A stretch of DNA of 64,000 nt from Escherichia coli (GCF_030013595.1 NZ_CP122768.1); one strand, 5' to 3'. Numbered from the stretch's first letter, positions 28,836 through 42,649 are shown. Made by a program: numbers and translations. Notes: a model not told the origin generated them from the sequence alone.

Positions 28836-30037
28836 GCGATCTCCTTAGCAGTCTGCGGTGCCGCACGGAGGAAGAAGCGTTTTTCCCAGCCGATAATCAA
28901 CATCAGCGCAGCAAACAACAGCAAATATGTCACCAGCAGGCCACCCATCGGACCAAAGGTTTTCAGTAGGTTGATTTTGTCCCAGTCGGTGGCCAGCGCC
29001 GGAGCGAAATCATCCCAGTAGTACGCCAGAATCGTTGAGCCGATCACGTTGCCCAGACCGACCCACCAGTAGTGCACCTGGCCTTCTACCGCGCGGTACA
29101 TCCAGCCGGTTTCGCAGCCGCCTGCCAGCACGATGCCAAAACCAAACAGTAAACCACCAATTACCGCGTTTGGTCCTGCCCACATGATTTTGGGTTCAAC
29201 GCCTAACTGTACGTAACTGAAGATCCCGATGGCACTTACCGCCATACCGATAATGATTGCTTTCGCCATATGGGTACGTCCGGTGATCCACATATCGCGG
29301 AACGCCGAAGTAAAGCAGATTTGCGCACGTTCAATCAGTAAACCAAAGCCGACGCCAAACAGCATTGCCAGCCCCAGTTTGGGCTGGTTCATCGCCGTCA
29401 GCAGCGCCCAGCCCAGCATGCCGAAAAAGACCAGCATCCCGAGACGAAAACGACGCCGCGCCTGATCCGGTTTTTGCGTCAGCGGCGAGGCGGCAGAAAC
29501 TTTCTGCATTTTCACGGGAATACGGAAGATGGGCAGCAGGGTAAAGCGCGCGCCAAACCATGAACCAATGGCAGTGGCGATGGCAAAGAACCAGGCGTGC
29601 AGCGAGAACTGAGGAATGCCGGTAAAGAACGCCGCCAGGTTACAGCCCATTGCCAGACGCGCGCCAAAACCGGCGATAATGCCGCCAATGATGGCCTGCA
29701 TAATGCGGATACGGCTGCGCGGCATGCGTAGTTTGATATTGTTGGCCCACAGCGCTGCGGCAAAGCAGCCGCCAAACATACCGAGGATCATCATCCCGTC
29801 GATGCGGGTTAATGGCGATCCTTCCAGATGGATAATTTTAAAGTAACCCCACTCTTCAGCATGGACGCCAAACAGCTGCAGGAGCTGACCGCCCCAACGG
29901 GTAAATTCACCCGTGACAGCCCAAAAGGTGCCAGTAATGCCAAAATAGTAAGTGGAGAGAATACCCGCCGCGATGACCGCAGGGATGGGTGCCCAGAATT
30001 TAATCAACCAGGCGTGTTTGAATTGCTGCCATGACAT
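28832..30037 (-). CDS. yedE: YedE/FdhT-type sulfur/selenium transporter
   Basis: 401 aa polytopic membrane protein, overlapping yedF by ATGA. Confidence 0.9.
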   Translation of the reverse strand: MSWQQFKHAWLIKFWAPIPAVIAAGILSTYYFGITGTFWAVTGEFTRWGGQLLQLFGVHAEEWGYFKIIHLEGSPLTRIDGMMILGMFGGCFAAALWANNIKLRMPRSRIRIMQAIIGGIIAGFGARLAMGCNLAAFFTGIPQFSLHAWFFAIATAIGSWFGARFTLLPIFRIPVKMQKVSAASPLTQKPDQARRRFRLGMLVFFGMLGWALLTAMNQPKLGLAMLFGVGFGLLIERAQICFTSAFRDMWITGRTHMAKAIIIGMAVSAIGIFSYVQLGVEPKIMWAGPNAVIGGLLFGFGIVLAGGCETGWMYRAVEGQVHYWWVGLGNVIGSTILAYYWDDFAPALATDWDKINLLKTFGPMGGLLVTYLLLFAALMLIIGWEKRFFLRAAPQTAKEIA

Positions 30038-30223
30038 GAATGTAGCCTCTGAACTCAGAAGGTTTGAAACAAGAGTCGCGAATCATACATCATGCACATT
30101 TATTTTCGGGGTAATAATTCACAAAAATAATAGTTAGATCAAATTTCTCTCTGAACCTGGAAAGGCTGGCGACATCAGGGCTTTAATGCCACAATCCTCT
30201 TTTCTTCTCATGCAGGACGAATG

Positions 30224-30637
30224 ATGAAAAAACTCGCAATTGCAGGCGCGCTCATGTTGCTGGCGGGCTGTGCCGAAGTCGAAAACTATAACAATGTCGT
30301 GAAAACCCCCGCGCCGGACTGGCTGGCGGGCTACTGGCAGACCAAAGGGCCGCAACGTGCGCTGGTCAGTCCGGAAGCGATAGGCAGCCTGATTGTCACT
30401 AAAGAGGGCGATACCCTCGATTGCCGTCAGTGGCAGCGGGTGATTGCCGTGCCGGGTAAATTGACATTGATGTCTGATGATCTCACTAACGTTACCGTAA
30501 AACGTGAGCTGTACGAGGTTGAGCGTGACGGTAACACCATTGAGTACGATGGTATGACGATGGAGCGTGTGGATCGCCCGACGGCAGAGTGTGCCGCCGC
30601 GCTGGATAAAGCGCCGTTACCGACGCCACTGCCGTAA
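30224..30637 (+). CDS. yedD: Lipoprotein YedD
   Basis: MKKLAIAGALMLLAGC contains a lipobox; 137 aa from 30224. Confidence 0.85.
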   Translation: MKKLAIAGALMLLAGCAEVENYNNVVKTPAPDWLAGYWQTKGPQRALVSPEAIGSLIVTKEGDTLDCRQWQRVIAVPGKLTLMSDDLTNVTVKRELYEVERDGNTIEYDGMTMERVDRPTAECAAALDKAPLPTPLP

Positions 30638-30670
30638 TGAAATCTCCCCGGCTTGCCGCCGGGGATGAAT

Positions 30671-32158
30671 TTAAATCACCTCTTCGATAACCCACACGCT
30701 GACGCTGCCGCCGTTGCAAAAGAAGGTCGCTTCGCCGTTTTCGTCAGTCACTACGCTCTCTTGCCGGTTCCCCAGAAAATCACGCCAGGTTTTATTGCCG
30801 TAATTCTCTCCCAGATGAATGGTTTTTTCGCCATCATCCCCGTTCGACATGACCACCACGCAGCCGGGATATTCGTCAGTGCCACTGCGGCTAAAGGCAA
30901 TGCAGTTCGGATGGTCGAAAAATAACGTCTGTACACCGTGGGCGAAACGCTGACGGGCGAGAATTAACTCATCAAGCTGTTCGATTATTGGCATATCTAT
31001 CGGATAGGTTTGCCCGTCACCACCGACATCTTCGTAATGCGCACCGTAGAGGTCCGGATAGAACACCGAAGGAACGCCATTTTCCCGCAACAAAATTAGA
31101 GCATACGCCAGCGGTTTAAACCACGGTTCGACCGGCGCTTCGAGGGCTTGCAACGGTTGGGTGTCATGATTGGCAACGAGGGTTACGGCGTGGAAAGGAT
31201 CGGCTTCCACTAATGTACCCGTGAAAATCTGCGTCATGTCGTAGTCGCGCCCCATGCGCGATGCTTCATGGAATTTCATCTGCAGCGGCGCATCAAACAG
31301 CATGGTTTTGCCTTCCACCTGATCAATATACGTTTGCAGTTTATCGACTTCATGCGACCAGTATTCAGCCACAATAAATAGCGGCTTTGGTGCAACTTCC
31401 TGTACGTGTTCGATCCACTCTTTATAAAACCACGCCGGAATATGTTTGACCGCATCAAGACGAAAACCGTCGCATTGCGTTTGTTCCATCACCCAGCGCG
31501 CCCAGTATTTAATCTCTTCCGTCACGGCATGATTGCGGAAATCGATATTCTCGCCCATCAGGTAATCGAAATTACCGAGTTCATCATCAACCTGATCGTT
31601 CCAGCCTTCGCCGGTGTAGTCGTTAACAATTTTAAAAATGCCATCTTCATCAGGGTTTTCGATATGGTCGATACCGCTAAAACATTTAAAATCCCAGATA
31701 AACTGCGAGTATTGCCCGGCACGTGCGGGGAAGGTGTAACGCGTCCAGCCTTCGCACTCAATGATTTCTTCGTCAATTTGCGTACGATCGTCAGCATTTA
31801 CACGCTGCACGCGAATAGCTTCTTTTTCATCCGCGCCCATTTTGTGATTGACTACCACGTCCAGCAGCACCGCAATGTCATTACGTTTCAGAGCGTCAAT
31901 GGCGGCCAGCAGTTGTGTTTTATCGCCATATTTAGTAGGGATGCTGCCTTTCTGATCAAACTCGCCTAAATCAAATAAATCATAGGAGTCGTAGCCGACC
32001 GAATACCCGCCCGATGCGCCTTTATAGGCGGGCGGCAACCAGACCATATTGATACCAATATCATTAAAACCGTCGGCGCGCTCGGCCAGTTCAGGCCAGA
32101 GCTTACCGCCTTCCGGGTAATACCAGTGAAAACATTGTAACAGCGTGGGATTACGCAT
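30671..32158 (-). CDS. amyA: Cytoplasmic alpha-amylase AmyA (GH13)
   Basis: 495 aa with GH13 motifs [15 protein letters not shown] and FVANHD. Confidence 0.95.
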   Translation of the reverse strand: MRNPTLLQCFHWYYPEGGKLWPELAERADGFNDIGINMVWLPPAYKGASGGYSVGYDSYDLFDLGEFDQKGSIPTKYGDKTQLLAAIDALKRNDIAVLLDVVVNHKMGADEKEAIRVQRVNADDRTQIDEEIIECEGWTRYTFPARAGQYSQFIWDFKCFSGIDHIENPDEDGIFKIVNDYTGEGWNDQVDDELGNFDYLMGENIDFRNHAVTEEIKYWARWVMEQTQCDGFRLDAVKHIPAWFYKEWIEHVQEVAPKPLFIVAEYWSHEVDKLQTYIDQVEGKTMLFDAPLQMKFHEASRMGRDYDMTQIFTGTLVEADPFHAVTLVANHDTQPLQALEAPVEPWFKPLAYALILLRENGVPSVFYPDLYGAHYEDVGGDGQTYPIDMPIIEQLDELILARQRFAHGVQTLFFDHPNCIAFSRSGTDEYPGCVVVMSNGDDGEKTIHLGENYGNKTWRDFLGNRQESVVTDENGEATFFCNGGSVSVWVIEEVI

Positions 32159-32235
32159 TCTTCGACTCCATTCAAGGGGAACATTAGAAGCGTAGCCGTA
32201 ATCGGATTATTCGCGAGCCATCGGCTCGTTAAGAT

Positions 32236-32601
32236 TCAAAAGAGGTTATCCTGCGGAGCCAGCACAAAGCCGCCCTGATCGCCATAGGCACTTAACACCG
32301 ATTTTTGCATCGATGACTGACCGACCAGTTTCGCCAGTTCATCCATCCGAATCTGTAATAACTGCTTCACCTTGCTTTCGTTATCGAGAATCAGGCGCAG
32401 CATCGGGCGGAGTTGCTCCTGCATCGTGGTGGACGGCTCAACCTCTTCAGTCAGGTGTGCAATCTCCTGCACCGCATTCACATACGCCATTTCGCTGGCG
32501 ATGAGTTCGTCCCACTGTTCTTCCGTTGCCAGGCGTAACATGAGCTGGCTTTTTTCGACGAGTTGTTGCCAGGCGAAATACAAATGCGGTGCGTGGTTCA
32601 T
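32236..32601 (-). CDS. fliT: Flagellar chaperone / FlhDC antagonist FliT
   Basis: 121 aa helical protein, downstream of fliS. Confidence 0.9.
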   Translation of the reverse strand: MNHAPHLYFAWQQLVEKSQLMLRLATEEQWDELIASEMAYVNAVQEIAHLTEEVEPSTTMQEQLRPMLRLILDNESKVKQLLQIRMDELAKLVGQSSMQKSVLSAYGDQGGFVLAPQDNLF

Positions 32602-33011
32602 CAGACTGGGTCCTGAATCAAAGAAGGGGAGAGTAACGACTCTTTCCAGGCATCGGCAATATTGCGCATTAATGCTTCCACTTCTTCGACTGCGGAGACA
32701 TCGTTGCGTAAATTGGCTTGCAGCAAGCGCCTGACCATATAGCTATAAAGAGCAATCAAGTTTTGGGTTAATTCGTCTTTGCTCTCTTCATCAAGACTCA
32801 CCCGCAGCCCGTTCTCAATGATGTTGATCGCTTTTGACAAAGAGACGCCTTTGCCTTGCTGATTGTTGTCCTGCATAAACAGGCGCGCTCTAACCAGTGC
32901 GCTCAGCACTCCATCAAATAGCATGGTGACCAGCTGTTGCTGGCTGGCGCTCATTACGGCGCTTTCGACGCCAATTTGTGCATAGGCCTGGGTGCCTTTT
33001 GCCGCGTACAT
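32601..33011 (-). CDS. fliS: Flagellin chaperone FliS
   Basis: 136 aa, [23 protein letters not shown]... Confidence 0.92.
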   Translation of the reverse strand: MYAAKGTQAYAQIGVESAVMSASQQQLVTMLFDGVLSALVRARLFMQDNNQQGKGVSLSKAINIIENGLRVSLDEESKDELTQNLIALYSYMVRRLLQANLRNDVSAVEEVEALMRNIADAWKESLLSPSLIQDPV

Positions 33012-33035
33012 GACCTGTCTCCCGATAAATAATGA

Positions 33036-34442
33036 TTACTTGGAATTACTGTTGTTTTCGAACTGCTGCGTTAAGTAGCTGCTGGTGCTATTTAACGAGG
33101 TCATTAAAACGTCCAGTTGGGTAAATTGTTCTTTGTAGCGAGCGACCTGCGCATCAATGCGATCGCTGGCGGCGTTGTAGTCTTTAGTTAACTTATTCAG
33201 GGTCTTACTAACGCCATCGGTAGCGGCTTTAATAATGCCCGTTGTCGAAAGCCAACTGGTCAGGTTGCTGCCGATGGTGGTCGTGATGCCGGTTTTTTTA
33301 CCATCGCCAACAATCAATGCACCTACGCCGCTGGCATCTTTTTTCAATGCAGCGGTGAGTTTGTCGGCATCCAGCTCCAGTTTGCCATCGCTGGGATCGG
33401 TCGTGATACCAATCTGCGCCAACGTTTTATAGTTGGAAGAACTAACGGTATTACTCAGCATCGACTTCAACTGCGTCTGAATCGTCCGCAACGTGGAGTC
33501 GCCGAGCAGTGCGCCATTGCTAGAACTCTGGCTATCAGCTCCCGCATCTACGGCGGTGTATTTGGTCAGGCTGCTGAAGGTATCTATTAGCGAGTTATAG
33601 GCATTCACCCAGTCTTTAATCGCCGTTTGCGCTTTGGAGGTGTCCTGAGTGATGGTCAGCGTCTGGTTGCCCGTGGTGACATCGTTCAGGTTCAGGGTGA
33701 TGTTTTCCAGCGCGTCGCTGATGGTGTTGCTGCTGTTCTCGATGGCGACGTTGTTGACCGTCAGCTGCGCATTCTGGGCGGCGACCGAGACCTCCATGCC
33801 GTTGCTGCTGGCACTGGCGTCATAGCCTATAAAACTTTGTAGCGCATCATCACCGCTAACCGAGAGCGTCATCGCATTGTCAAGGCCGGTGTCATTTGAT
33901 GTGACTGACAGACGATATTCACCGTTACCCACGTTAATGATGCTCGCGCTAACACCCGATTTTGCGTTGTTGATGGCATCACGGATCCCGCTTAACGACG
34001 AGTTAGCCGCGCTGATATCAATGGTAATCGGATCTTTGTCGCCGCCTTGTTGAATGGTGAGTTTGCTGTCGCTGGTGGCGATCGCCGTTTTCGTATCGTC
34101 TCTGGTGGTACGCGTGGTCAGGGTTTGCGCCTGCGCCAGATGGGTGACGCTGATGGTGTATTTCCCGGCGATGGCGTTACCTGCGGTGGTGGCACTGAAC
34201 GCGGTGGTGCTGCTGGTGGTGCTGGTGGCGGAAAAAAGATCGGCTTTAGACAATGCAGTATTGGCGGTCTGGAAAGTCGTCAGCGCGCTTTTCAGCGTAC
34301 CGTAGGCGCTAAGTTTAGCGGTAAACGACGATTGCTGATTTGAAATAGGGGTTAGCGTCGCTTTTTGCGCGGCGGTGAGGCTATCAAGGATTGAACTTAA
34401 ATCCAGGCCTGACCCGACTCCCAGCGATGAAATACTTGCCAT
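33036..34442 (-). CDS. fliD: Filament cap protein FliD
   Basis: 468 aa, MASISSLGVGSGLDLSSILDSL... Confidence 0.95.
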   Translation of the reverse strand: MASISSLGVGSGLDLSSILDSLTAAQKATLTPISNQQSSFTAKLSAYGTLKSALTTFQTANTALSKADLFSATSTTSSTTAFSATTAGNAIAGKYTISVTHLAQAQTLTTRTTRDDTKTAIATSDSKLTIQQGGDKDPITIDISAANSSLSGIRDAINNAKSGVSASIINVGNGEYRLSVTSNDTGLDNAMTLSVSGDDALQSFIGYDASASSNGMEVSVAAQNAQLTVNNVAIENSSNTISDALENITLNLNDVTTGNQTLTITQDTSKAQTAIKDWVNAYNSLIDTFSSLTKYTAVDAGADSQSSSNGALLGDSTLRTIQTQLKSMLSNTVSSSNYKTLAQIGITTDPSDGKLELDADKLTAALKKDASGVGALIVGDGKKTGITTTIGSNLTSWLSTTGIIKAATDGVSKTLNKLTKDYNAASDRIDAQVARYKEQFTQLDVLMTSLNSTSSYLTQQFENNSNSK

Positions 34443-34485
34443 GCGATTTCCTTTTATCTTTCGACACGTAAAACGAATACCGGGG

Positions 34486-34512
34486 TTATCGGCCTGAATT
34501 GCGCAAAGTTTA
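34486..34512 (-). promoter_or_regulatory. Sigma-28 (FliA) promoter of fliDST
   Basis: The minus strand reads TAAACTTT-N11-GCCGATAA, a near-perfect match to the sigma-28 consensus TAAAGTTT-N11-GCCGATAA. Confidence 0.8.
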
Positions 34513-34604
34513 CGTTTAATTGTTTTTTTTAATAGCGGGAATAAGGGGCAGAGAAAAGAGTATTTCGGCGACTAACAAAAAATGGCTGTTTGTGAAAAAA
34601 ATTC

Positions 34605-34631
34605 TAAAGGTTGTTTTACGACAGACGATAA
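34605..34631 (+). promoter_or_regulatory. Sigma-28 (FliA) promoter of fliC
   Basis: TAAAGGTT-N11-GACGATAA lies about 77 nt upstream of the fliC ATG. Confidence 0.8.
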
Positions 34632-34707
34632 CAGGGTTGACGGCGATTGAGCCGACGGGTGGAAACCCAATACGTAATCAACGACTTGCAATATAGGATA
34701 ACGAATC

Positions 34708-36360
34708 ATGGCACAAGTCATTAATACCAACAGCCTCTCGCTGATCACTCAAAATAATATCAACAAGAACCAGTCTGCGCTGTCGAGTTCTATCGAGCGT
34801 CTGTCTTCTGGCTTGCGTATTAACAGCGCGAAGGATGACGCCGCAGGTCAGGCGATTGCTAACCGTTTTACTTCTAATATTAAAGGCCTGACTCAGGCTG
34901 CACGTAACGCCAACGACGGTATTTCTGTTGCACAGACCACCGAAGGCGCGCTGTCCGAAATCAACAACAACTTACAGCGTATTCGTGAACTGACGGTTCA
35001 GGCTTCTACCGGGACTAACTCTGATTCGGATCTGGACTCCATTCAGGACGAAATCAAATCCCGTCTGGACGAAATTGACCGCGTATCCGGTCAAACCCAG
35101 TTCAACGGTGTGAACGTACTGGCGAAAGACGGTTCGATGAAAATTCAGGTTGGTGCGAACGATGGCCAGACTATCACTATCGACCTGAAAAAAATTGACT
35201 CTGATACGCTGGGGCTGAGTGGGTTTAATGTGAATGGTGGCGGTTCTGTCGCTAACACTGCTGCATCTAAAGCTGACTTGGTAGCTGCTAATGCAACTGT
35301 GGTCGGCAACAAATATACTGTGAGTGCGGGTTACGATGCTGCTAAAGCGTCTGATTTGCTGGCTGGAGTTAGTGATGGTGATACTGTTCAGGCAACCATT
35401 AATAACGGCTTCGGAACGGCGGCTAGTGCAACGAATTACAAGTATGATAGTGCAAGTAAGTCTTACTCTTTTGATACCACAACGGCTTCAGCTGCCGATG
35501 TTCAGAAATATTTGACCCCAGGTGTTGGTGATACCGCTAAGGGCACTATTACTATCGATGGTTCTGCACAGGATGTTCAGATCAGTAGTGATGGTAAAAT
35601 TACGGCAAGCAATGGAGATAAACTCTACATTGATACAACTGGGCGCTTAACGAAAAACGGCTCTGGTGCATCTTTGACTGAGGCTAGTCTGTCCACACTT
35701 GCAGCCAATGATACCAAAGCGACAACCATTGACATCGGCGGTACCTCTATCTCCTTTACCGGTAATAGTACTACGCCGGACACTATTACTTATTCAGTAA
35801 CAGGTGCAAAAGTTGATCAGGCAGCTTTCGATAAAGCTGTATCAACCTCTGGAAACAATGTTGATTTCACTACCGCAGGTTATAGCGTAAACGGCACAAC
35901 TGGCGCTGTAACAAAAGGTGGTAATTCGGTTTATGTTGATAACAACGGGGCGTTGACCACATCTGATACTGTAGATTTTTACCTACAGGATGATGGTTCA
36001 GTGACTAACGGCAGCGGTAAGGCAGTTTATAAAGATGCTGACGGTAAATTGACGACAGATGCTGAAACAAAAGCAGCTACGACAGCCGATCCCCTGAAAG
36101 CTCTGGACGAAGCCATCAGCTCCATCGACAAATTCCGCTCCTCCCTCGGTGCCGTTCAAAACCGTCTGGATTCTGCGGTGACCAACCTGAACAACACCAC
36201 TACCAACCTGTCTGAAGCGCAGTCCCGTATTCAGGACGCCGACTATGCGACCGAAGTGTCCAATATGTCGAAAGCGCAGATCATTCAGCAGGCCGGTAAC
36301 TCCGTGCTGGCAAAAGCTAACCAGGTACCGCAGCAGGTTCTGTCTCTGCTGCAGGGTTAA
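34708..36360 (+). CDS. fliC: Flagellin FliC (550 aa; conserved termini, distinct central antigenic domain)
   Basis: The N-terminus [22 protein letters not shown] and C-terminus ...[12 protein letters not shown] are canonical. The middle ~300 aa are Thr/Ser/Gly/Asp-rich and variable. Confidence 0.95.
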   Translation: MAQVINTNSLSLITQNNINKNQSALSSSIERLSSGLRINSAKDDAAGQAIANRFTSNIKGLTQAARNANDGISVAQTTEGALSEINNNLQRIRELTVQASTGTNSDSDLDSIQDEIKSRLDEIDRVSGQTQFNGVNVLAKDGSMKIQVGANDGQTITIDLKKIDSDTLGLSGFNVNGGGSVANTAASKADLVAANATVVGNKYTVSAGYDAAKASDLLAGVSDGDTVQATINNGFGTAASATNYKYDSASKSYSFDTTTASAADVQKYLTPGVGDTAKGTITIDGSAQDVQISSDGKITASNGDKLYIDTTGRLTKNGSGASLTEASLSTLAANDTKATTIDIGGTSISFTGNSTTPDTITYSVTGAKVDQAAFDKAVSTSGNNVDFTTAGYSVNGTTGAVTKGGNSVYVDNNGALTTSDTVDFYLQDDGSVTNGSGKAVYKDADGKLTTDAETKAATTADPLKALDEAISSIDKFRSSLGAVQNRLDSAVTNLNNTTTNLSEAQSRIQDADYATEVSNMSKAQIIQQAGNSVLAKANQVPQQVLSLLQG

Positions 36361-36401
36361 TCGTCGTACCTGATTAACTGAGACTGACGGCAACGCCAAA
36401 T

Positions 36402-36503
<102 letters not shown>

Positions 36504-36533
36504 CTTGAATGGTAATTTGTCAGCAACGTGCTT

Positions 36534-36556
36534 CCCCGCCACCGGCGGGGTTTTTT
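36534..36556 (+). terminator. Rho-independent terminator after fliC
   Basis: CCCCGCC-ACC-GGCGGGG followed by TTTTTT. Confidence 0.75.
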
Positions 36557-36678
36557 CTGTCCGCAATTTACCGGTAACCCCCAAATAACCCCTCATTTCA
36601 CCCACTAATCGTCCGATTAAAAACCCTGCAGAAACGGATAATCATGCCGATAACTCATATAACGCAGGGCTGTTTATC

Positions 36679-37398
36679 GTGAATTCACTCTATACCGCTG
36701 AAGGTGTAATGGATAAACACTCGCTGTGGCAGCGTTATGTCCCGCTGGTGCGTCACGAAGCATTGCGCCTGCAGGTTCGACTGCCCGCGAGCGTGGAACT
36801 AGACGATCTGCTACAGGCGGGCGGCATTGGGTTACTTAATGCCGTCGAACGCTATGACGCCCTACAAGGAACGGCATTTACAACTTACGCAGTGCAGCGT
36901 ATCCGTGGCGCTATGCTGGATGAACTTCGCAGCCGTGACTGGGTGCCGCGCAGCGTGCGACGCAACGCGCGTGAAGTGGCACAGGCAATAGGGCAACTGG
37001 AGCAGGAACTTGGCCGCAACGCCACGGAAACTGAGGTAGCGGAACGTTTAGGGATCGATATTGCCGATTATCGCCAAATGTTGCTCGACACCAATAACAG
37101 CCAGCTCTTCTCCTACGATGAGTGGCGCGAAGAGCACGGCGATAGCATCGAACTGGTTACTGATGATCATCAGCGAGAAAACCCGCTACAACAACTGCTG
37201 GACAGTAATCTGCGCCAGCGGGTGATGGAAGCCATCGAAACGTTGCCGGAGCGCGAAAAACTGGTATTAACCCTCTATTACCAGGAAGAGCTGAATCTCA
37301 AAGAGATTGGCGCGGTGCTGGAGGTCGGGGAGTCGCGGGTCAGTCAGTTACACAGCCAGGCCATTAAACGGTTACGCACTAAACTGGGTAAGTTATAA
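36679..37398 (+). CDS. fliA: Flagellar sigma factor FliA (sigma-28)
   Basis: GTG start, 239 aa, with sigma-70 regions 2-4. GCCGATAA at 36646..36653 upstream is a sigma-28 -10 box. Confidence 0.95.
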   Translation: MNSLYTAEGVMDKHSLWQRYVPLVRHEALRLQVRLPASVELDDLLQAGGIGLLNAVERYDALQGTAFTTYAVQRIRGAMLDELRSRDWVPRSVRRNAREVAQAIGQLEQELGRNATETEVAERLGIDIADYRQMLLDTNNSQLFSYDEWREEHGDSIELVTDDHQRENPLQQLLDSNLRQRVMEAIETLPEREKLVLTLYYQEELNLKEIGAVLEVGESRVSQLHSQAIKRLRTKLGKL

Positions 37399-37443
37399 CG
37401 TCAGTAAATGCCGCACTTTAACTTTGACTACCAGGAGTTCTTA

Positions 37444-37995
37444 ATGATGGTGCAGCACCTGAAAAGACGGCCATTAAGCCGCTATCTTAAAGACTTTAAA
37501 CACAGCCAGACCCATTGCGCGCATTGCCGTAAATTACTCGATCGTATTACCCTCGTTCGCGATGGCAAAATAGTGAATAAAATCGAGATTTCCCGCCTGG
37601 ACATGCTTCTTGATGAAAATAGCTGGCAAGTGGAACAAAAATCATGGGCGGCATTGTGCCGATTTTGCGGTGATTTACATTGTAAAACGCAGAGTGATTT
37701 TTTCGATATTATCGGCTTTAAGCAATTTCTTTTTGAGCAAACTGAAATGAGCCCTGGTACGGTGCGTGAATATGTCGTTCGTCTGCGCCGTTTGGGGAAT
37801 CATCTTCACGAGCAAAATATTACCCTCGATCAGCTGCAGGACGGTTTCCTTGATGAAATCCTCGCCCCGTGGCTGCCCACCACCAGCACCAACAATTACC
37901 GCATCGCGTTACGGAAGTATCAACACTATCAGCGTCAAACGTGTACCGGACTTGTGCAGAAATCCTCCAGCCTGCCTGCTTCTGATATATATTAA
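37444..37995 (+). CDS. fliZ: FliZ regulator
   Basis: MMVQHLKRRPLSRYLKDFKH at 37444 gives 183 aa; downstream of fliA. Confidence 0.9.
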   Translation: MMVQHLKRRPLSRYLKDFKHSQTHCAHCRKLLDRITLVRDGKIVNKIEISRLDMLLDENSWQVEQKSWAALCRFCGDLHCKTQSDFFDIIGFKQFLFEQTEMSPGTVREYVVRLRRLGNHLHEQNITLDQLQDGFLDEILAPWLPTTSTNNYRIALRKYQHYQRQTCTGLVQKSSSLPASDIY

Positions 37996-38082
37996 ATAAG
38001 AATAAGATGTAGCGGAGTTGTTTTTGTGTTTACAAACAATGGCTCTACACTGCAAACAGACATAACAACATTCGGGGTGAAT

Positions 38083-39974
<1,892 letters not shown>

Positions 39975-39988
39975 CTCCGGAAACGCTC

Positions 39989-40657
39989 ATGCAAGAAAGT
40001 ATACAACTGGTTATTGATTCCTTGCCGTTCCTGCTGAAAGGGGCTGGGTATACGCTGCAACTCAGTATCGGCGGCATGTTTTTTGGCTTACTGCTAGGGT
40101 TTATTCTCGCGCTGATGCGCCTTTCACCAATCTGGCCCGTGCGCTGGCTGGCGCGTTTTTATATCTCTATTTTTCGTGGTACGCCACTCATCGCACAACT
40201 GTTTATGATCTATTACGGCTTGCCGCAGTTTGGCATCGAACTAGATCCCATTCCGTCAGCAATGATTGGTCTGTCGCTAAACACTGCCGCCTATGCTGCC
40301 GAAACGCTGCGTGCCGCCATTTCTTCTATTGATAAAGGTCAGTGGGAAGCTGCTGCCAGTATTGGTATGACGCCGTGGCAGACCATGCGTCGCGCGATTT
40401 TGCCACAGGCGGCGCGGGTGGCGTTGCCGCCGCTGTCGAACAGCTTTATCAGCCTGGTAAAAGATACGTCGCTGGCCGCGACAATCCAGGTGCCGGAGCT
40501 GTTCCGTCAGGCGCAGTTGATTACCTCGCGCACGCTGGAAGTGTTCACCATGTACCTGGCGGCTTCGCTCATCTACTGGATCATGGCGACAGTATTATCG
40601 ACGTTGCAGAACCATTTTGAGAATCAACTTAATCGCCAGGAGAGAGAACCAAAATGA
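39989..40657 (+). CDS. tcyL: Cystine ABC transporter permease TcyL (YecS)
   Basis: 222 aa with an EAA-type permease loop. Confidence 0.9.
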   Translation: MQESIQLVIDSLPFLLKGAGYTLQLSIGGMFFGLLLGFILALMRLSPIWPVRWLARFYISIFRGTPLIAQLFMIYYGLPQFGIELDPIPSAMIGLSLNTAAYAAETLRAAISSIDKGQWEAAASIGMTPWQTMRRAILPQAARVALPPLSNSFISLVKDTSLAATIQVPELFRQAQLITSRTLEVFTMYLAASLIYWIMATVLSTLQNHFENQLNRQEREPK

Positions 40658-41406
40658 GTGCCATTGAAGTCAAGAACCTGGTGAAAAAATTCCACGGTCA
40701 GACGGTGCTGCACGGTATCGACCTTGAGGTGAAGCCTGGCGAAGTAGTGGCAATTATCGGTCCAAGTGGTTCCGGCAAAACCACGTTGCTACGCAGCATA
40801 AATCTGCTGGAACAACCGGAAGCGGGAACCATCACCGTTGGCGATATCACCATTGATACTGCACGTTCATTAAGTCAGCAAAAATCGCTGATTCGCCAGT
40901 TGCGTCAGCACGTCGGGTTTGTCTTCCAGAACTTTAATTTGTTTCCGCATCGTACGGTGCTGGAAAACATTATTGAAGGGCCGGTGATCGTCAAAGGTGA
41001 ACCGAAAGAAGAGGCCACGGCGCGCGCTCGCGAGCTGTTGGCGAAAGTTGGGCTGGCAGGTAAAGAAACCAGCTATCCACGTCGTTTGTCTGGCGGTCAA
41101 CAGCAGCGTGTCGCGATTGCGCGAGCGCTGGCAATGCGTCCTGAAGTGATTTTGTTTGACGAGCCAACGTCGGCGCTGGATCCAGAGCTGGTGGGCGAAG
41201 TCCTGAACACCATCCGCCAGCTGGCGCAGGAAAAGCGCACCATGGTGATTGTGACGCACGAAATGAGCTTTGCCCGGGATGTTGCGGACCGGGCGATCTT
41301 TATGGACCAGGGGCGGATAGTCGAGCAGGGGGCCGCAAAAGCGTTATTTGCCGATCCCGAGCAGCCTCGCACCCGCCAGTTCCTCGAGAAGTTTCTGCTG
41401 CAATAA
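40654..41406 (+). CDS. tcyN: Cystine ABC transporter ATPase TcyN (YecC)
   Basis: 250 aa with Walker A (GPSGSGKTT), the LSGGQQQR signature and Walker B (ILFDE). Confidence 0.93.
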   Translation: MSAIEVKNLVKKFHGQTVLHGIDLEVKPGEVVAIIGPSGSGKTTLLRSINLLEQPEAGTITVGDITIDTARSLSQQKSLIRQLRQHVGFVFQNFNLFPHRTVLENIIEGPVIVKGEPKEEATARARELLAKVGLAGKETSYPRRLSGGQQQRVAIARALAMRPEVILFDEPTSALDPELVGEVLNTIRQLAQEKRTMVIVTHEMSFARDVADRAIFMDQGRIVEQGAAKALFADPEQPRTRQFLEKFLLQ

Positions 41407-41635
41407 TAAGAAAAAATCAGCCCCGACGATTCACCTGTCGGGGCGGGACGCCATTTCAAGCGTAATAAAAGTGCTTAACAAATCAGCATAACTCATTAAT
41501 AACATAAGAGAATACGATAGCTTGCAAAAGTAATTCATTGCCTGAATAATATAAATTATATATAAATCTTATTTATGTGATAGTTTGAATTATCATTATA
41601 AATGATACTCACTCTCAGGGGCGTTGCGGTTTACT

Positions 41636-42358
41636 ATGCAGGATACGGATTTTTTCAGCTGGCGTCGCACGATGCTGTTGCGTTTTCAGAGGATGGAGGC
41701 CGCAGAAGAGGTCTACCATGAAATAGAGCTTCAGGCTCAGCAGCTGGAGTACGATTACTATTCGTTATGTGTTCGCCACCCGGTACCATTCACGCGACCT
41801 AAAGTGGCTTTCTACACCAATTACCCTGAGGCGTGGGTTAGTTATTATCAGGCAAAAAATTTTCTCGCAATTGATCCGGTGCTGAACCCTGAAAACTTTA
41901 GTCAGGGCCATTTAATGTGGAATGATGACTTATTCAGCGAAGCACAGCCGTTATGGGAAGCTGCGCGCGCACATGGTTTACGCCGCGGTGTCACTCAGTA
42001 TTTAATGCTGCCAAATCGGGCGCTGGGCTTTTTGTCCTTTTCCCGTTGCAGCACGCGCGAAATACCCATTCTTAGTGATGAACTGCAATTAAAAATGCAG
42101 TTACTGGTGCGCGAAAGTCTGATGGCTCTGATGCGTTTAAATGATGAAATAGTGATGACGCCAGAGATGAATTTCAGCAAGCGCGAAAAAGAAATTCTGA
42201 AATGGACGGCGGAAGGGAAGACATCAGCAGAGATAGCGATGATTTTGTCAATCTCTGAGAATACGGTCAATTTCCATCAGAAAAACATGCAGAAAAAAAT
42301 CAATGCACCAAATAAGACCCAGGTGGCCTGTTACGCGGCCGCTACTGGCTTAATTTGA
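41636..42358 (+). CDS. sdiA: LuxR-family AHL receptor SdiA
   Basis: MQDTDFFSWRRTMLLRFQRM at 41636 gives 240 aa, with a C-terminal LuxR HTH. Confidence 0.93.
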   Translation: MQDTDFFSWRRTMLLRFQRMEAAEEVYHEIELQAQQLEYDYYSLCVRHPVPFTRPKVAFYTNYPEAWVSYYQAKNFLAIDPVLNPENFSQGHLMWNDDLFSEAQPLWEAARAHGLRRGVTQYLMLPNRALGFLSFSRCSTREIPILSDELQLKMQLLVRESLMALMRLNDEIVMTPEMNFSKREKEILKWTAEGKTSAEIAMILSISENTVNFHQKNMQKKINAPNKTQVACYAAATGLI

Positions 42359-42386
42359 GCGCTTTTCTTTCTGCGTGCCAGATGCA

Positions 42387-42421
42387 AAAACCGGCTGAAA
42401 GGCACGCTCTCAGCCGGTTTT
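42387..42421. terminator. Bidirectional terminator between convergent sdiA and yecF
   Basis: AAAACCGGCTGA-(11 nt)-TCAGCCGGTTTT, flanked by A and T runs. Confidence 0.65.
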
Positions 42422-42424
42422 ATA

Positions 42425-42649
42425 TTACTGACGGTAGGCTTGTTTAATTTGCTTAACCGTTTTGGAAAATACTGCAGCCTGGGTTTCGTCTTCGATCAGC
42501 GCAAGCTGTTTTTCCATCTTTAACATCACGCGGCCCGCGTCAGCTTGTCCCATCGCCTGCAGCATCAGCGTCAGCATCGCTTTCAGGCAGGAGACTTCAT
42601 TTGCCAGTTCTTGATTATTCTCGGCAGTAGAAAAATCAGGCGTACTCAT
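42425..42649 (-). CDS. yecF: Small protein YecF (DUF2594)
   Basis: 74 aa, [26 protein letters not shown]... Confidence 0.8.
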